Assembly (NCBI GenBank): GCA_051362555.1
Contig: CM120647.1
Location: 20,498,651-20,562,650 of the forward strand
DNA: 64,000 bases
Reading direction: 5' to 3'
Source of the DNA: Lingula anatina
Taxonomy: Eukaryota > Animalia > Brachiopoda
Positions 13,995 to 28,100 of this stretch are shown piece by piece. The notes under the pieces are model-generated. The model saw only the letters and a list, made by a program, of their open reading frames with translations. It ran no database searches and was not told where the DNA came from. The translations under genes and the position numbers were made by a program. The first letter of the stretch is position 1. The number at the start of each line of letters is the position of its first letter.

Positions 13995-14228
13995 TTATTA
14001 CCTCCGGTTGTTTTCACCACTGTTTGTCTGTCTGTTTGTTTGTCATCAACATAACTCAAAAAGTTATGGACCGATTTTGATGATATTTTCAGGAACTGTC
14101 AGAAGTGGGCCAAGGAAGAGATTATTAGTTTTTGGTGTCGATCCGGATTAATGATCAATCAATAATCATTTATAATGAAAAAATCGCTGCCTTGGCCGAG
14201 GTCTGCGCTCTCGGAGTGCTTTTCTAGT
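13995..14228 (+). mobile_element. Short non-autonomous Helentron/Helitron2-type element
   Basis: Starts TTATTACCTCC, contains a (GTCT/GTTT)n tract followed by ATAACTCAAAAAGTTA, and ends CCTTGGCCGAGGTCTGCGCTCTCGGAGTGC...CTAG-TT (subterminal inverted repeat, small hairpin, CTAG end). Confidence 0.65.
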
Positions 14229-14797
14229 TGTTGAAGAGAAAGAGAGAGAGATTGCTTGTAGTTTTTGGCATCGATTAGACGATTGCACATAGATGTATGC
14301 GGTGTACTTTTGTTTTATCACCAGAGAGTTGTGATTTAGAATGTTGAGGTACTTTATAAGGAAATGCTATTATTTGTAATGCAACAACCAAAACGAATGG
14401 AAAACATTGGGGTACTACATTTGTAAGTGATAACGCGGTGCCTTCATGATTTCTTACTATATAACAGAAGGAAGAGACACTGAGAGTGCTAATGATGAGA
14501 GATGTAAGACGATGAAAATATCAAATATAATTTTCAACTTTAAACTTTGGATCAATTTTCTCTATTAATATAATACATATTTGAGACTAAAAGTATATGT
14601 AAAAGATCGCCTGTTATAAAAACAGTAACATCTTATTCTTCGACTTTTAGAATCTTTTCACTCTTTTGCGGTGTAGCAAATGTCACTTCTCTGTAACAAT
14701 TTCGAATATATTTATCAACTAATTGTTTTGAAGTTTTAAAGAATTCCTTTCGTGTGATCGCGCCGATGCAAGGTTTTTTTTGTGAATGCTTCGTTTT

Positions 14798-14830
<33 letters not shown>

Positions 14831-16967
14831 GGTTAAACAGTTGCATAACTTAACCATTTGCTTTGTCACAATTCGTCAGCGGTTTTTACAACTTGTAAAT
14901 CCTGTTAAATTCCTTAAATTTCTTACCAAACGCGATTTACGTGGGCCTATAAGCTTTTCTGGGCAAATACTTTGAACCTTTGAAAATCACCGTCTAACAA
15001 GACACGAATATGACAAAACAAACACGCAAAGATAAAATTGGTCCACAGGATAAAGAGAAAGATTGAAATCAGATCTAGAGTATTTTTGTAACACCTCGTC
15101 ATCGGAGCCAAAGAAAATTGGTGATAATTACGTGCTGGAAAGCTCAAATCGTGACAATGCACAATCGCGTTTGCGTTTTGTAGAAAAGAAAAATGAGATG
15201 GTGATAAGGGATGCAATTGCAACCTTTACATGATCGGCCAGTAAGCGCCGCCAGAGATTCTTGCAAAGAGAACACTGAAATCATTAAGAGGAAAGGGGAG
15301 TTTTCATGAAACTGGTATATTTTCAAAACAATTGGCAATAATATTCGACCGAACGTTCGCCTGTTCACACCCACACACATATTCAGGACGTCAAAATAGG
15401 GCGCATTTTGGTCATTTTAAACACCCAAATACATAGAAAAACACCACAACACTTGTCAAGACAGATCGGGGCAACCAAACCTCGATAAGTGAATCGCAAA
15501 AGTGAACTGAACAGATGGAACAAAAACAGGTGACACTGGTTACGAACGTTAGCAAAGTTTTGAGGTCACAATGGCGCTATCGGGAGTATACCCAAGCGAA
15601 ATATCGCCTTCCTTCGCAAATTTAAACTTGGGCAAAGATTCTGCAACAGGGAAAAGGGCGTTTAGCTATTATGGTTGCCATGTGTATGAAGTTAACGACT
15701 CTCAGGAAAACCGTCCAATCACATACAAAAAGAACGATGTAGTTCTTTATCTCATCTCTTATTATTCATACATGTATAAAAGTATAACTCCACCGGGGAC
15801 CAACATGAGATAATCAAACAGCTGGATGGGGGGAAGGGGGGGGAGGGGATTTACAAGGAATCCGTTGCGATTCCCACTTTACACAACAACAGTTATGTTC
15901 AACAATATACAGTGGACATCCTTATCTAAGAGGACTAATGCTCAAGCAGTGTCCACCATTTATTCATTATAATTATATATAATAAAAACGCATGTGATAC
16001 TTAAACTTGAAGTGTGCGTAACAACTGGAAACGTTCCTGTTTTTTTTTGTTTTTTTTTGTTTTGTTTTTCTTTCCTTTTTTTTTTCATTGTTGTGATTAT
16101 CTTGAAAAATATACGTATAAATGACTAAAAGCAAAAACACCTCTTGTAATCCAAAGTAAAGTATTCATCCGTAACATCAAATAATTAATAAATTAAAAAA
16201 AAAACATATTGTTTCAGTATGTAACAAATGATCGATAACCAGGTTTTAAAAGACTAGCATGTAAAAAGTAATTTTGCCATACTTTCCTGTGTAAACTAAA
16301 TACACGTACAATGTAAATATTAAAAGAAAATAAATGAAAACTTGCTGCTTCTATGACCCAAACTGAATTTAAGAACATTTTTTACATCTTTCGTGAATAC
16401 TGCTACCGCTCTATCAACAAAGGCATAGTATTTGATTCCGTACATTTCTAAAAACGATAATACATAACGTTACAGCATCACAGCTTTCCATTAACAAAAG
16501 TAATACTCTTTTTTTTCATTTTTCAATACAAAAACGGCATAGTGAGCCTCACTCGTGAAAATCGATCCCACAATGCAATAGCTGCCTTTCAGATACTATG
16601 ACTTCTAATTACGTGTTCATATCAGAGACATGTGTCAAGTGATCTCTAAAACTCAGGATAAGTACTGTGCCACTAATAATAGTTGGGAGTAAAATAAAAC
16701 CTCCGTCTCAGTATGCTACAAATGCATATGCACCGGTCTGCATAACCCTGATCAATTGGTTCTTTCATATTTAGCATGTTAAACAGTGATGTGGTCTTTT
16801 TTTAGTCATTTTTTTTTTTCATTTCTTATTTTTTTAATTTCTAAAAACTGAGATTGGAATTACACTGTTGTATATCTCCAGTGCTTACCTTTAACCATAA
16901 CTTCCTATTTAAAGGTAAGAGACAATATTAATAATAATGATAATTTTATAATAATAATAATACCAGA

Positions 16968-18339
16968 TTAGGTTCCAATCATCATGCAAATGGTCTTTTT
17001 CTCAGTAAAAAATTCCAGAGAGTCTGTAGCGCTTTCACGGCCAATCCCAGAATCCTTCATTCCTCCAAAAGGCATATTAAGGTCTCGCACCAGCCAACAG
17101 TTGGTCCACACCGTGCCCACCTAGACAGGTTAAATGTACATTATATTTAAAGATTCCAATTATAAAACGCATTAGATCAGTTAAAGAAAAGATAGACATG
17201 TGAAGAAATTCCATCAGCTGCGTTCTGTTATAAGAATAAAGTCATTTTTTCTTAAACCAACAGCTAAATATTGAAATTATTTACCTCCAGAATTTCGACT
17301 TCGTTCAGAGCACCTTCATCAGGGAATGAGGCTATCCAGGTGAATAGCCTCCATTCAGGAGATTCCCCCCCCCCCCCCCCCCACCCCACCTATTGCTTAA
17401 ACACGTTAAGGCTTCGATTTTATTGCCCGATTTCCTTGATAAACATGACTTCCCAACTTAACAATCTATGCCTGGTATTTATGGAACTGTCCAATTCTGG
17501 AATGATGGCAGCATATAAATTGACTCAACCAGTCCGCATGGACAGTATGCATTTACCTCAATTTGCATCTAAATTTTGTATTGCTTTCTATGACGATATT
17601 CCTGGCACATAGCGTTTTACCGCGATTGTTGCTAAATAGCCCAACCTCACGTTTTCTAGAGTGCTTTCACAACAAAGCTATAATACTAGACTGATGACAT
17701 TAACTCTGCCATGACTCCTGCTGCTTTCCCAAAAAGAACAATCCACTGCTGATGATATTAACAACAAGTAAGCCACAGGTTTTAAACAGCAAGCTGTGTC
17801 CACGCCAGTGATCACACGACAACGTGATTGCGTCTCAACATCTGGAAAGGCCTAAAGCCTGCAGTCCAAATAATGCTTAAACATAATTGGAAGTTACAGG
17901 ATTGAAATCGACCTGTACTTGTTCCCTACCTCCATTTTGCGTGCCACTCTCTGTGCTCTGCCCAAATCCTTAGTCCACACTGTGGCACACAGACCATACC
18001 TGCAGTTATTGGCTCTTTTTATTACCTGACAGAAATAAGAAGACTATCCATGAATTAATCTAGATAATAGTACTGGTATTTGAGCCAAACTTATTCCAAG
18101 TTTTTTCACAACAGTTTTTGACATCTATTTGTACGCAAGAAGTCACATGTTCAACCTCTCTCTCATTCTTTCCCTCTGTTTTTTTTTTTTTTTTTTGCAG
18201 TTATTGTTTTATTACAAGAGATATTGATTAATTCCAATTTTATAAATAATTATATTCAAATATATTAAAAATAAAGATGCTTTTTAATCTGACTGAATTT
18301 TCTTTCATGAGTCAAATTTGACAGCTTTCCAAATTTTCT

Positions 18340-18400
<61 letters not shown>

Positions 18401-21400
18401 ATTGGGTTTTGCTTCCATTCTAAGAATTTTGCAACTTATTACATCAGATTTCTGTTGTGTACTTCAACCAATAAGCCCTGTGTTCTTATAATGGTATGCA
18501 TTTCTACCAATAAGCTTTATGTTCTCATGATGTTATGCATTTCAACCAATAAGCTTTAAGTTCTTATGATGTTATGCATTTCAACCAATAGGGTATGTGT
18601 TTACATACCTCCTGTTCAGAGGTAAATGGTACAATGCACACCACTGGTCCAAAAATCTCGCTCTGCATCAGCTCCGAAGAATCACTAACATTTGTTATAA
18701 CTGTGGGAAGGAAAAAGTACCCCTGAAATAACACATACTCTGATTAACAAATCATTTGTAAACTTAAGCATTTTCATACCACACAAGTTGTTAGAATTAA
18801 GATGTCAAACGTGTGAAAAAATTTAAGTATATATTTCTAAACAAAGTTCAGTATACATTTCAATTTTTTTAAAAGACTTAGTGAGAGCCAAGAGCCCAGA
18901 CCTCTGCAAAAATTATAAAGAAAAAAAACAAACTATTAAAGAAACGGATAACAGAAACAAAAATTAATTTTAAAATATTATATTGAACAGCTTCATTCTA
19001 CTCTTACTATGTATACGGAAAATTGTGAAATACTTTTTGAGATTTTTTATCCACTATCAAACAGACAAGCCAGCATTGGTAGAGGTACATATAATGATGC
19101 TTTTCCAAGTAATTGTTAAGTCCTCTGGACTCACATTTTTATTCTCGGGGTTAGGCAAGTTGAGCTGATCGACGCCCTGACCGCACTGTATGGTGGCGCC
19201 CTCTTTCCTGGCAAGTTCAACAAAGGACTGCACTTTGTTCAGATGCTGGGCGCTTATCAGAGCTCCCAGGTTCACATTAGTAGTTGGATCGCCAACCTTC
19301 AGTTGTCTGGAAAATGAACAAAGAACAGGCTTAAGAATGCTCTTCAGTCAGAAAATTTAGGATAATTTTTTAGACCAGACATTTGGTCTCCTTAAAAACC
19401 AGTTTTAGTATGTTTTCTTTAGAGGAACATTAAATCAAATTTTTGCAAATGCAGTCATTAACTGACCTAATATTTAAAAAGTAAAAATAAAATACATTCG
19501 GTATTTTTACCAAAAAGCATACATTTTACAAGTCAAGATAATAATGCCAATACCAGCCAATAGCTTACATACATTTCAATTTTATTTATTCATTCAAATT
19601 GCAAGTTTAAAAAATAATAAGTTTAATGACATGAACAGGCTCTCTAGTTCACATACTGCACAAAAGGTTTAAATTTATCATGTATCACCTGATAACTCCA
19701 CAAACAATACTTAAAGATATTATCTTATGCCAAAATTCATCACAACAATGCATCAGTTGTGACACCATCTCTCCTACCACAATGGCAAAACACACCCATA
19801 TAACTCAAACATCTTACACACCTGGCTGCTTCAACAAATCGCTGAATAAATTCTGAGTATATTCCTTCTTGGACAAATATACGGCTGGTACAAAGGCAGA
19901 CTTCTCCTTGGTTTGTGAAGGAAGACCTGAAATTAATTAAAAAATTTGAATTTTTTTAATTGCGTGTAATTTACAGTTTTTTTTAAGAGGAACTAGTTGT
20001 TTCAATGCATTCAAGAAGCATTTAGGGAACTGTTGCAAATTGTGAGGACAAGCAAAGAGATTAAGCAAATGTATTCTTTTTCTTATCTTTTTTGGCTTAA
20101 TATACATTTAAAAAAAACAAACAAGAAAATGAGCTAAGCTGGCAATAGCCTACCAGACTGAGCCCAACTGCAATAAACAGTCAAATCTTGAACAATTAAC
20201 TCTAATACTGGATCATATACTGAACAAAAATATAAACACACGAAAGAATATGTTGATTTATTTTCATGTATGGAACTAAAGTATATGGCCAACATTTACA
20301 GCATATTTTCCTCAACAAACAGACATCACTTTGAGAGCATTAAGGGAAGTTTAAATGCACAGTCCATAAACACTGAAACAGACATCCTGATCTTCAGACC
20401 TGATCACAAGGCCTTTTTCAGCCAGACATCCAGAAGGCCTTGTCATAAAGTCAAAACACAGTGAGTTTCATTTCCATGTTAGATCCATTTTCAGAATGAT
20501 TTTTTTCACTGTATTATTATAATATAACTGGATCAATGAAAACGTTCACTATGAAGTCAGATCAGATAATAGAAACCTGGTCATAAAAAAGCAACAATTT
20601 CAATTTCTTTTTAAAACCACCTAGCAAAATAATGTAAAGAAAATAATTACCTTACTAATCAGAAACCTGATTATTTAAAACAAAGTAAACTGATCTGCAC
20701 ACAGGAAGGTTTGCTTTGTAACCACACAATCATTTTCAGTCACATGCACTCACACACTCACATGCATAAACAGAATATACTGATACACGAAATGCACAAC
20801 ATTACCTTAGAGTGGTAGTTATGCAATTAGCCAAATCACAATCTTCAAAGATTATGGCTGCGTTTTTTCCTCCTAGCTAAAACAAAACAAAATGAAAATT
20901 TGAAAAATCCACTGCAATTATCATTAAGTGCAGAACAAATTTTGATACACAAAATTCACAATTCACAATTGTTTTTCACAATTCTTCAGCATATTGATGA
21001 AAAAATATCTTCTAACAATCATAAAATTTTATTGAATAAATTTTCACCTCAAGCGACAGTTTCTTGGTGTTTGGTGCTGTAACTTCTTGAATATGGCGGC
21101 CAACGGCTGTGCTTCCAGTGAACGATATCAGAGGGACATCTGGGTGGCGGATAATCACCTCGCCTGTTCGTGGCCCAGTCCCAAATACCATGTTTACTAC
21201 ACCAGGAGGAAGACCTGTGATTGGATAAAAGACAACCTATCAGATACAATCACATTGTAAGGTCCTGGTATTGAATGGTGTAAGAAGAGAAACTGTAGAC
21301 AGTCCTGTTATTATCTCTGCCAAGGTGGTTACAATTCCACCCTCATTTGCTAAATTCTGTATTTCTGTCTGTCTGTCTCTTTGTTAGTCACCAGCCTCAC

Positions 21401-22408
21401 TCAAAAAGTTACAAATGGATTTTAATGAAATTTCAGGATTGGTCAGAAGCAGATCTTAAGCAGAAGTCTGCACTCTCTTGAGAGCTTTTGGAGTTTTTTA
21501 CTCTCTTGAGAGCTTTTGGAGTTTTTTAACAGAAATCAATTTCCCTTGCTGAAGTCATTTACCTGCATCTTGGAAAACTTTACACAGCATGAAAGCTGTC
21601 ACGGAGGTCATCTCGCTGGGTTTGACCACACACGTGTTACCAAAGGCAATACAGGGGGCTATCTTCCATGTGACAAGGTACATCGGCAGGTTCCATGGGC
21701 TGATAAGGCCTGCCACGCCCACTGGCACATGCTGTACATAATTGACAGCACCAGCGCCATCTAGAAATGTGCAACTGTAAGGAAATTTACATTAACTGTA
21801 ATTGACAGAAACAGTGCTATCTATAGGAATGTGCAACAGAAAAGCTTTAGGAAATTCACAAAATAAACTGCAAAATAAATCACATTATTGCCAGGAATGT
21901 ACAACACCAAAGGGTGTGCAAATGTTGGGGATGGGAAAACTTCAGTTGGCTTTGTATGTACTCTTGATTGACAATTTCCAACATAAAAAGTTGTTTCTTT
22001 CAATTAATGTTATCAACATTTACAGAAAAAATAACTGTTTTTGTGTAGAAAAATCAGCATGCATGGTTATCAATATCGATTTTTTTTCCACAAAATACTT
22101 AGCAGAAATAAAATTGGTGAAACTACTCGCTGAACAGCTTAATGTTTTTTTTTTTATTTGCTATTATTATCATGATTTTACTATACTTTAAAATAACTTA
22201 CTCTGACTTGATATGTAATATAGAAGTAGCAAAGAAACGGAAGTTGTACACAGCACGAGGGATGTCGATATTGGTGGCCAGCGAGACAGGTTTGCCTTGG
22301 TCTCTAGACTCTACCTCTGCAAATTCTTTAAGTTCTTTTTCAAGCAGGTCTGCAATCTTTTGCAGGATTTTACTCCTATCTTGGATGGTTGTAGTTGACC
22401 AACTAAAA

Positions 22409-22448
<40 letters not shown>

Positions 22449-23587
22449 ATTAGTACATACATAAATGAATAAATAACGCATATTGTAATATATTTGTGGA
22501 CAGTCCAAATGAACGACAGATTCCAAAACATTTCAATACTTAGGGACCATTCCCATAACCTATCATACTAGCTGGATCGATCTAACTGCTTGTGGATTCT
22601 TGCTAAATTGTATTCAGAATAAGCAGTTTAAATGTTTGGCACACCCCCTCGTAACTTAAGGTAGGGGAGACCGGGGCTAGTTTGACCCCGGGATAATTAA
22701 GATGGACCCCCATCAAGTCTTTTTAATAAAGTTACTTTAAGATGCTTAATTAGTTCATTTGGACTCACAGCTGACACTTTCTTAGCACTATTGGATACGG
22801 TCACTTTAGAAAACGATGTGATCAATTCTTTAACCCCATAGTTACTTAAATTTAGTTTTTCATAAATTGATGGGGGGCCAACTTACCCCGGGGTCCAACC
22901 CTGGTCTCCCCTAGTTGAAGTGGTGCCTCCCATATTTAGTTGCAAATATGTTTAAATTACTATTTATTGTTATTATTATTATTTTAGTTGTATTTATATT
23001 TTATTGGTAATAACACGCAAAAATGTTAAAAATCGATTTGTCAGCAGAATAATCTTTTGAAAACTGCATAATTCTGTTGTTATTGTTTGGCGGAGGGGGG
23101 AGAGTGGTCGCTACCCCCTCCTCCAACCTCCTCTCCCCCCCCCCCCCCCCACCCCCAGCAAAATTTTAGAATTTTAAATGTCCCGAGGTAACGGCATCTC
23201 TGCATTAACTGCATATGTAGTCAATGTGAACTAATTGTCTTTAACTGCATTCTGTTTCTGATCCAAAGTAATAATAATAATCTATCGCTTAAATTGAAGT
23301 CTGGAAATTTCAGATCCAGTGGTGATCTTAATTCCGGACTTTAAACAGCACTACAAGCGATAAAGTGATGACAACAACAACAACAACAATACAAGGTGTG
23401 TGCAAGTTGCCAAAACCACTAACCCTTCAAAGGCATTTTTCGCTGCTGCAACAGCCACGTTCACCTCGTCTTCAGTAGAATTGGGTATTTTTGCCCATAC
23501 TTCTCCAGTTGCAGGGTTAATACTGTCGATGTAATCCTGCGCTGCAACAAACTCCCCGTTAACAAAATTACTTACGACCACCGCCAT
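16968..23587 (-). CDS. ALDH8A1: 2-aminomuconic semialdehyde dehydrogenase (ALDH8A1-like), ~10 coding exons
   Basis: MAVVVSNFVNGEF...INPATGEVWA; ESRDQGKP...DIPRAVYNFRFFA; ISPWNLPMYLVTWKIAPCIAFGNTCVVKPSEMTSVTA; ISFTGS; catalytic LSLE|LGGKN; NQGEVCLC; EIFGPV; WTNCWLVRDLNMPFGGMKDSGIGRES...EFFTEKKTIC; stop at 16968-16970. Confidence 0.9.
18463..18590. repeat. ~39-bp minisatellite, about 3 copies, in an ALDH8A1 intron
   Basis: TTCAACCAATAAGCTTTATGTTCTTATGATGTTATGCAT-like unit repeated in tandem. Confidence 0.8.
21308..21490 (+). mobile_element. Degenerate second copy of the short Helentron-type family at 13995-14228
   Basis: TTATTATCTCTGCCAAGG start, (GTCT)n, ACTCAAAAAGTTA, GGATTTTAATGAAATTT, end GCAGAAGTCTGCACTCTCTTGAGAGC; colinear with the 14-kb copy. 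Confidence 0.6.
22664..22911. mobile_element. MITE with TA flanks (Tc1/mariner-pogo type)
   Basis: TA|GGGGAGACCGGGG ... CCCTGGTCTCCCC|TA terminal inverted repeats, ~250 bp, no ORF. Confidence 0.65.
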
Positions 23588-24959
23588 ATGCTTCTACTAT
23601 TCTAGACTTACAATACCTGACCCAGTTATAGGGGTGTTTAAAAAATAGGTCATCCAGTAACATCGCACACGCAGCGCTTGGTTCGTTCTAAATATAGCAG
23701 GCACTCCGCATTACGCAATGTGCTGTCCAAACAAGAAGTTAATTATAGTTCTTGAAACAAATAAAACTAAGAAAGGCAAATTTATGAATTTTTTAGCAGT
23801 TATTGAAAACGTTATTTTTCTTATAATATTCCAAATTTCATTCAGTCTTCTTAAAACTGTTGAAGTTATTGAACTTTGAAACTACTAACGTTTTTTCTTT
23901 CTTTTTTTTCCGAGCCATCCGATATATCGCATGAGGGTTGCAGCATAACATATAGATATGACATTCCCGTACCCTTACCAGAAAAAAACAGTGAAGTACC
24001 ATTTTATCAAGAAAGCATCCATTTAAAGTGAAGTAAGACTATTTCTCATATGTGGTCTCACTCTCCGTCTCTCTCTCTCTCTCTCTCTCTTATTTATTTA
24101 TTTATTTATTTATTTACTTATCTATTTATTTATTTTTCAAAATGTTAACATGGATTTTTACCCGGGGTTTGAGTGGCTAGTGCCATGTGGCAGTACAGTA
24201 GTTTTCGTTATGTCGATAGCGGTTTAGATCTTCCTCCACCTTACATGTTCATTAGTTCATTGAGAGACGTTTTAATTTTTTTATTGGATCCCTACTTGTT
24301 CAAGTAAAAATGACCCTTTTTTGCTCATATTTTTTCTTCTTTCTTTTTCATTTTCTCCCCCACCCCACCCCACTTTACATATTTTTATTTTTCAATTTTT
24401 TTTTCGTGCCATTGAATGGAAATTTAATGGAGTGCTTTTTGCATTGTTTGGTTATAAATATAAGCTACTTCGTGTATTGAATTCGAAATGGCTGAGCACA
24501 TAATTATCATTATGAGTACAAATAATAGGCCAGATAATTAACTTTGAGACAAAATGTTTTTGAAAATCAATAAATCAAAATGATGAAGCTACTTCAATTT
24601 AAAGGACACCGTTTTCAGAGGTACAAAACCGGCTGTTTTCGACAATTTAATCCTTTAGGTGGAGCAACATCAACAGGAAAATGTTGACGTATTTTAATTA
24701 AACCTGTTACGAAAAATAAAATTCGCTAATGAAATATTTGGTTGTTTGTTTTGTTCACTTTGCGTGTTTGTAAACTCCCTGGGCTGTGACACGGGTTACA
24801 CTATCCATATATGGCAAAAACTACGTCACAACTAATATGACAAACGCAATCAAAATGCTTCAACGCCCAGCGCACCCAAAGCAATTTGCCTTACCACAAG
24901 CGACATCACGCGGGCATTATTCACACTGTGTAACCCAGGCCTACTTGACAACCGCTGTT

Positions 24960-25105
24960 TGATTGGACAAGTACTCTACTCTAACCAATCAAACGTAGCG
25001 TGACAAATTTCCGATAAAATTCCCAAGATGGCCACTGAATGAGGAATTTTCCCGAAACTTAAAGAAGGTTCTGTGGTCCTCTGGAAAATCTGCCATATTA
25101 TAAAA
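24960..25105 (+). promoter_or_regulatory. BAG3-like promoter: CCAAT boxes, YY1-like site, heat-shock element, TATA box
   Basis: ATTGG (~24962) and CCAAT (~24985); CAAGATGGCC (25024-25033); perfect 3-unit HSE gGAAttTTCccGAAa (25043-25057) plus GAAggTTC (~25064); TATAAAAG (~25098). Confidence 0.65.
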
Positions 25106-25130
25106 GAATAGCCGGGGATCGAGCAGGACA

Positions 25131-28100
25131 ATGTATCACCAACAACGAGCGAATAACTTCAATCCAATGCATAACGATCCTTTACCGCCAGGCTGGGAAA
25201 TGTTATTTGATCAGCGAACCGGTTGGCCATTTTTTGTTGACCACTCGAACCAAAGCACAACTTGGCAAGATCCTAGAAGAATAGGAAAACCGGTATGTAT
25301 TATAAGTTAAATTTTTTTGGTTTGTTTTTCAGGAAAAAAGACAGACAGTTTTTATTTAGATGGTTTAAGACTCGATCTAAAGGTGAAATTGTTGATCAGC
25401 TATCTGTACTGATCGATAACCTTGTGTTGATTGACCTTCGACTTCGAGGTTTGATCGGCGAGTTCTGTCAGAAAAAAAATCATATCACGAAATTAGCTTC
25501 TAAACTTATCGTGATCTCCATATTGATGAATAATGTATGTGATGGAGATTGATGAATTGACTCAGCCCCTTCTCTTCTCCGTTCCAAAAAGTTATCAGTA
25601 AATGCCCATTTTCAAAGGTATGTTGAAAAATTCATCTGCCATAAATTTATTTAAAACTAACACAATAATCCTAGAATAAGATTCAGAATATTTTAAAATC
25701 TAAAATATTTTGTTAAAGCTTTTTTCCTTCTACACTGAAATTTTATCAACCAAAAATAGCACATTAAAATGTTATTGCCCATTAATTACTGATTAGAGAC
25801 TCTCAGGTGTGACCTTGCCTGTCACATTAGCAAAAATGTAAAATCTCCTTATTAACCATTAAAAAACTACAGGATTGAATCTACCTTATCATTAAAAAAA
25901 ATAATCTACTGTAGGTGGTTTACACTTTTACAGTAACCATTTTACGGTACCTGGAAATATTTCTGAGATCTGAGTAGCAAAATTGGGCACTTTTTTCAGA
26001 AATAGCCCCCCCCCCCCCCTTAAAATTGCTTTTTACAGGTTTGCCAAGTTTGAATCAATCACAAAAGCTGCGATTAAAACCACCTTCACAGCTATTGTCC
26101 TCTCAAAAGACGGGTGTGCCCAGGTGAATCGTCACCCTGGTCATAGATTAGAGGACACTTGACCTACCTGTACTACTAAGACTTGATAGTAGAGCTAGAG
26201 ATGGTGATTTGCAATTCATGACAGGATGTTTGGAGGTCATATAGGCAGTGACTTTTGTTGCTATTCTTAACCTGGAAATGCAGGTCTCTGGCATTCATTT
26301 TTGGACATTCATAGCTTCAGCAACATCCTTTGCCAGAAATGGCTTTTCTTTGACTTTCTGAAAATTTAAAAGCGTGTCAAATTGCTGACCAGTTTTTTCA
26401 GTGGGCGTTAAGTTGAATATGCCTAGGACTTTTGAGCTAGTTCAATTCTAAACCCTTAAAAGGCATTAACCTAAAAACTGTCAAACCACAAACACGGTCA
26501 TTAGGCAGGTTCTATGTGCGATTTATTTTTGTAGAAGGGAGAAATTGCAAGCCAGAGCTGAAGGTTTGGAAGTTACATAGGGTTTCCAAACTTGTCATGT
26601 TTTCCAACTTGCATTTTTAATCAGTTGTTAGATTCAGTATTTTATTTGCTTAAAAATCGTACTTTTAGATATTGGATTATTTTTCCAAGTTCTTTTACTA
26701 TACTGGCACTACTCTGTTTTGGATGTTATTCAATCCTCCCTTCACCCTCAGTTAATACCTATTGGAATTCCTTGGTTATCTGATTGTCCATTGAAACTAA
26801 TTAGGTTATTTTCTTGTCTAAAATAGTTGAAGCTTAACTCATGACCTTGAACCTCCCGGCTGGAATTTCAGAAACTGCTGAAATTAATTCCTGTGTAGTC
26901 TATGTAGGCATACTGTAACTAATGGGGTTAAGAGAGAATCCAGACTCTGTACTGTAGCAACATGGTTGAAATAAATGCCAAAATGTCATGTCATCCCTTT
27001 ATAACATTAGCACAGAACTCCATGTATTCAGTTAATGTGTATTTTCTGCCTGTGGCCCAGCCAAGGAGCTTTTTAAGTCATAGATTTTATCTTCTTCTTG
27101 TTCTTACTTTTGCAATTTCTGTTGCAGTTTGTTTTAGGTTTGAACTTAATGAATTATTCAAGTAAGGATTTTTTAGGTTATTAGGTATTGAAATCCTTGA
27201 GTATGGGTTTGCAGTCTGTTTCAAAATGTTGTTTTATAATGTTAAATAACGATAATTACTCATTTTTTCAATGGCCAAAAATAAATAAAAAATAATAATT
27301 AATTTTAGAATCATAAAAATTATATTTATATATTCATTTGTGGTACTTTTACTGCATAGAAAAGAACTAAGGGGTAGTCTGCTTCTCAATTTTATTGCTG
27401 CCACTCGATAGGAAATTTCTAATTTTAAGTTTTTATCAATTGAGAAAATGCAGTATAGTTCTATGAAGTCACAATTTTCCCCATAGAAAAGAGTGAGTCA
27501 TTACGTTACCATCAGTCATATGTGTTCAGTGCAGAGAAGAAGTATCCCAGATAATGTATTTAAAATGTGCCAATTGACCTACATTAATAAAATATGAGTA
27601 CATTGAATGTGGAAGAACATCAAACTCAAATATTCTGTTTGTTCTGTTTCCAGCACTACCAGCAGCCATGGGATCCATATGGCCAGAACATGAGAGGATA
27701 CCCGGCCCATCATCAGCAGGAGATCCGTATCCCTGTCCATCACATGGGGTCAGAACAACAGCAAGGCCCTCCAATGCCACAACCGCAGCAACAGCCGCCT
27801 TACCCACAACAGCCACGTGTCACAAAAATCCCCATTCATATAGAGGGCGCTGGCAGCATGGACCAGGGCAGAGGAAGCCCTGGTCGTGGTAGTCCTGGGC
27901 TGCATGTCCCGCACAGTGAAAATCCCACCCTGCAGAGGGCGCCAACACCAGTCAGGGAAGAGAGTCCGGCTCCTCAGCCAGGGAGGGTGTCAAACTTGGC
28001 TCAGCAGTACGCGGGGCAGCAATCTCCACAGCCCCAACAGCAGCAACAGATGCCACCCATGGGGACGTTTTATGGTCCTTCATCTCCCCAACAGAGGGCG

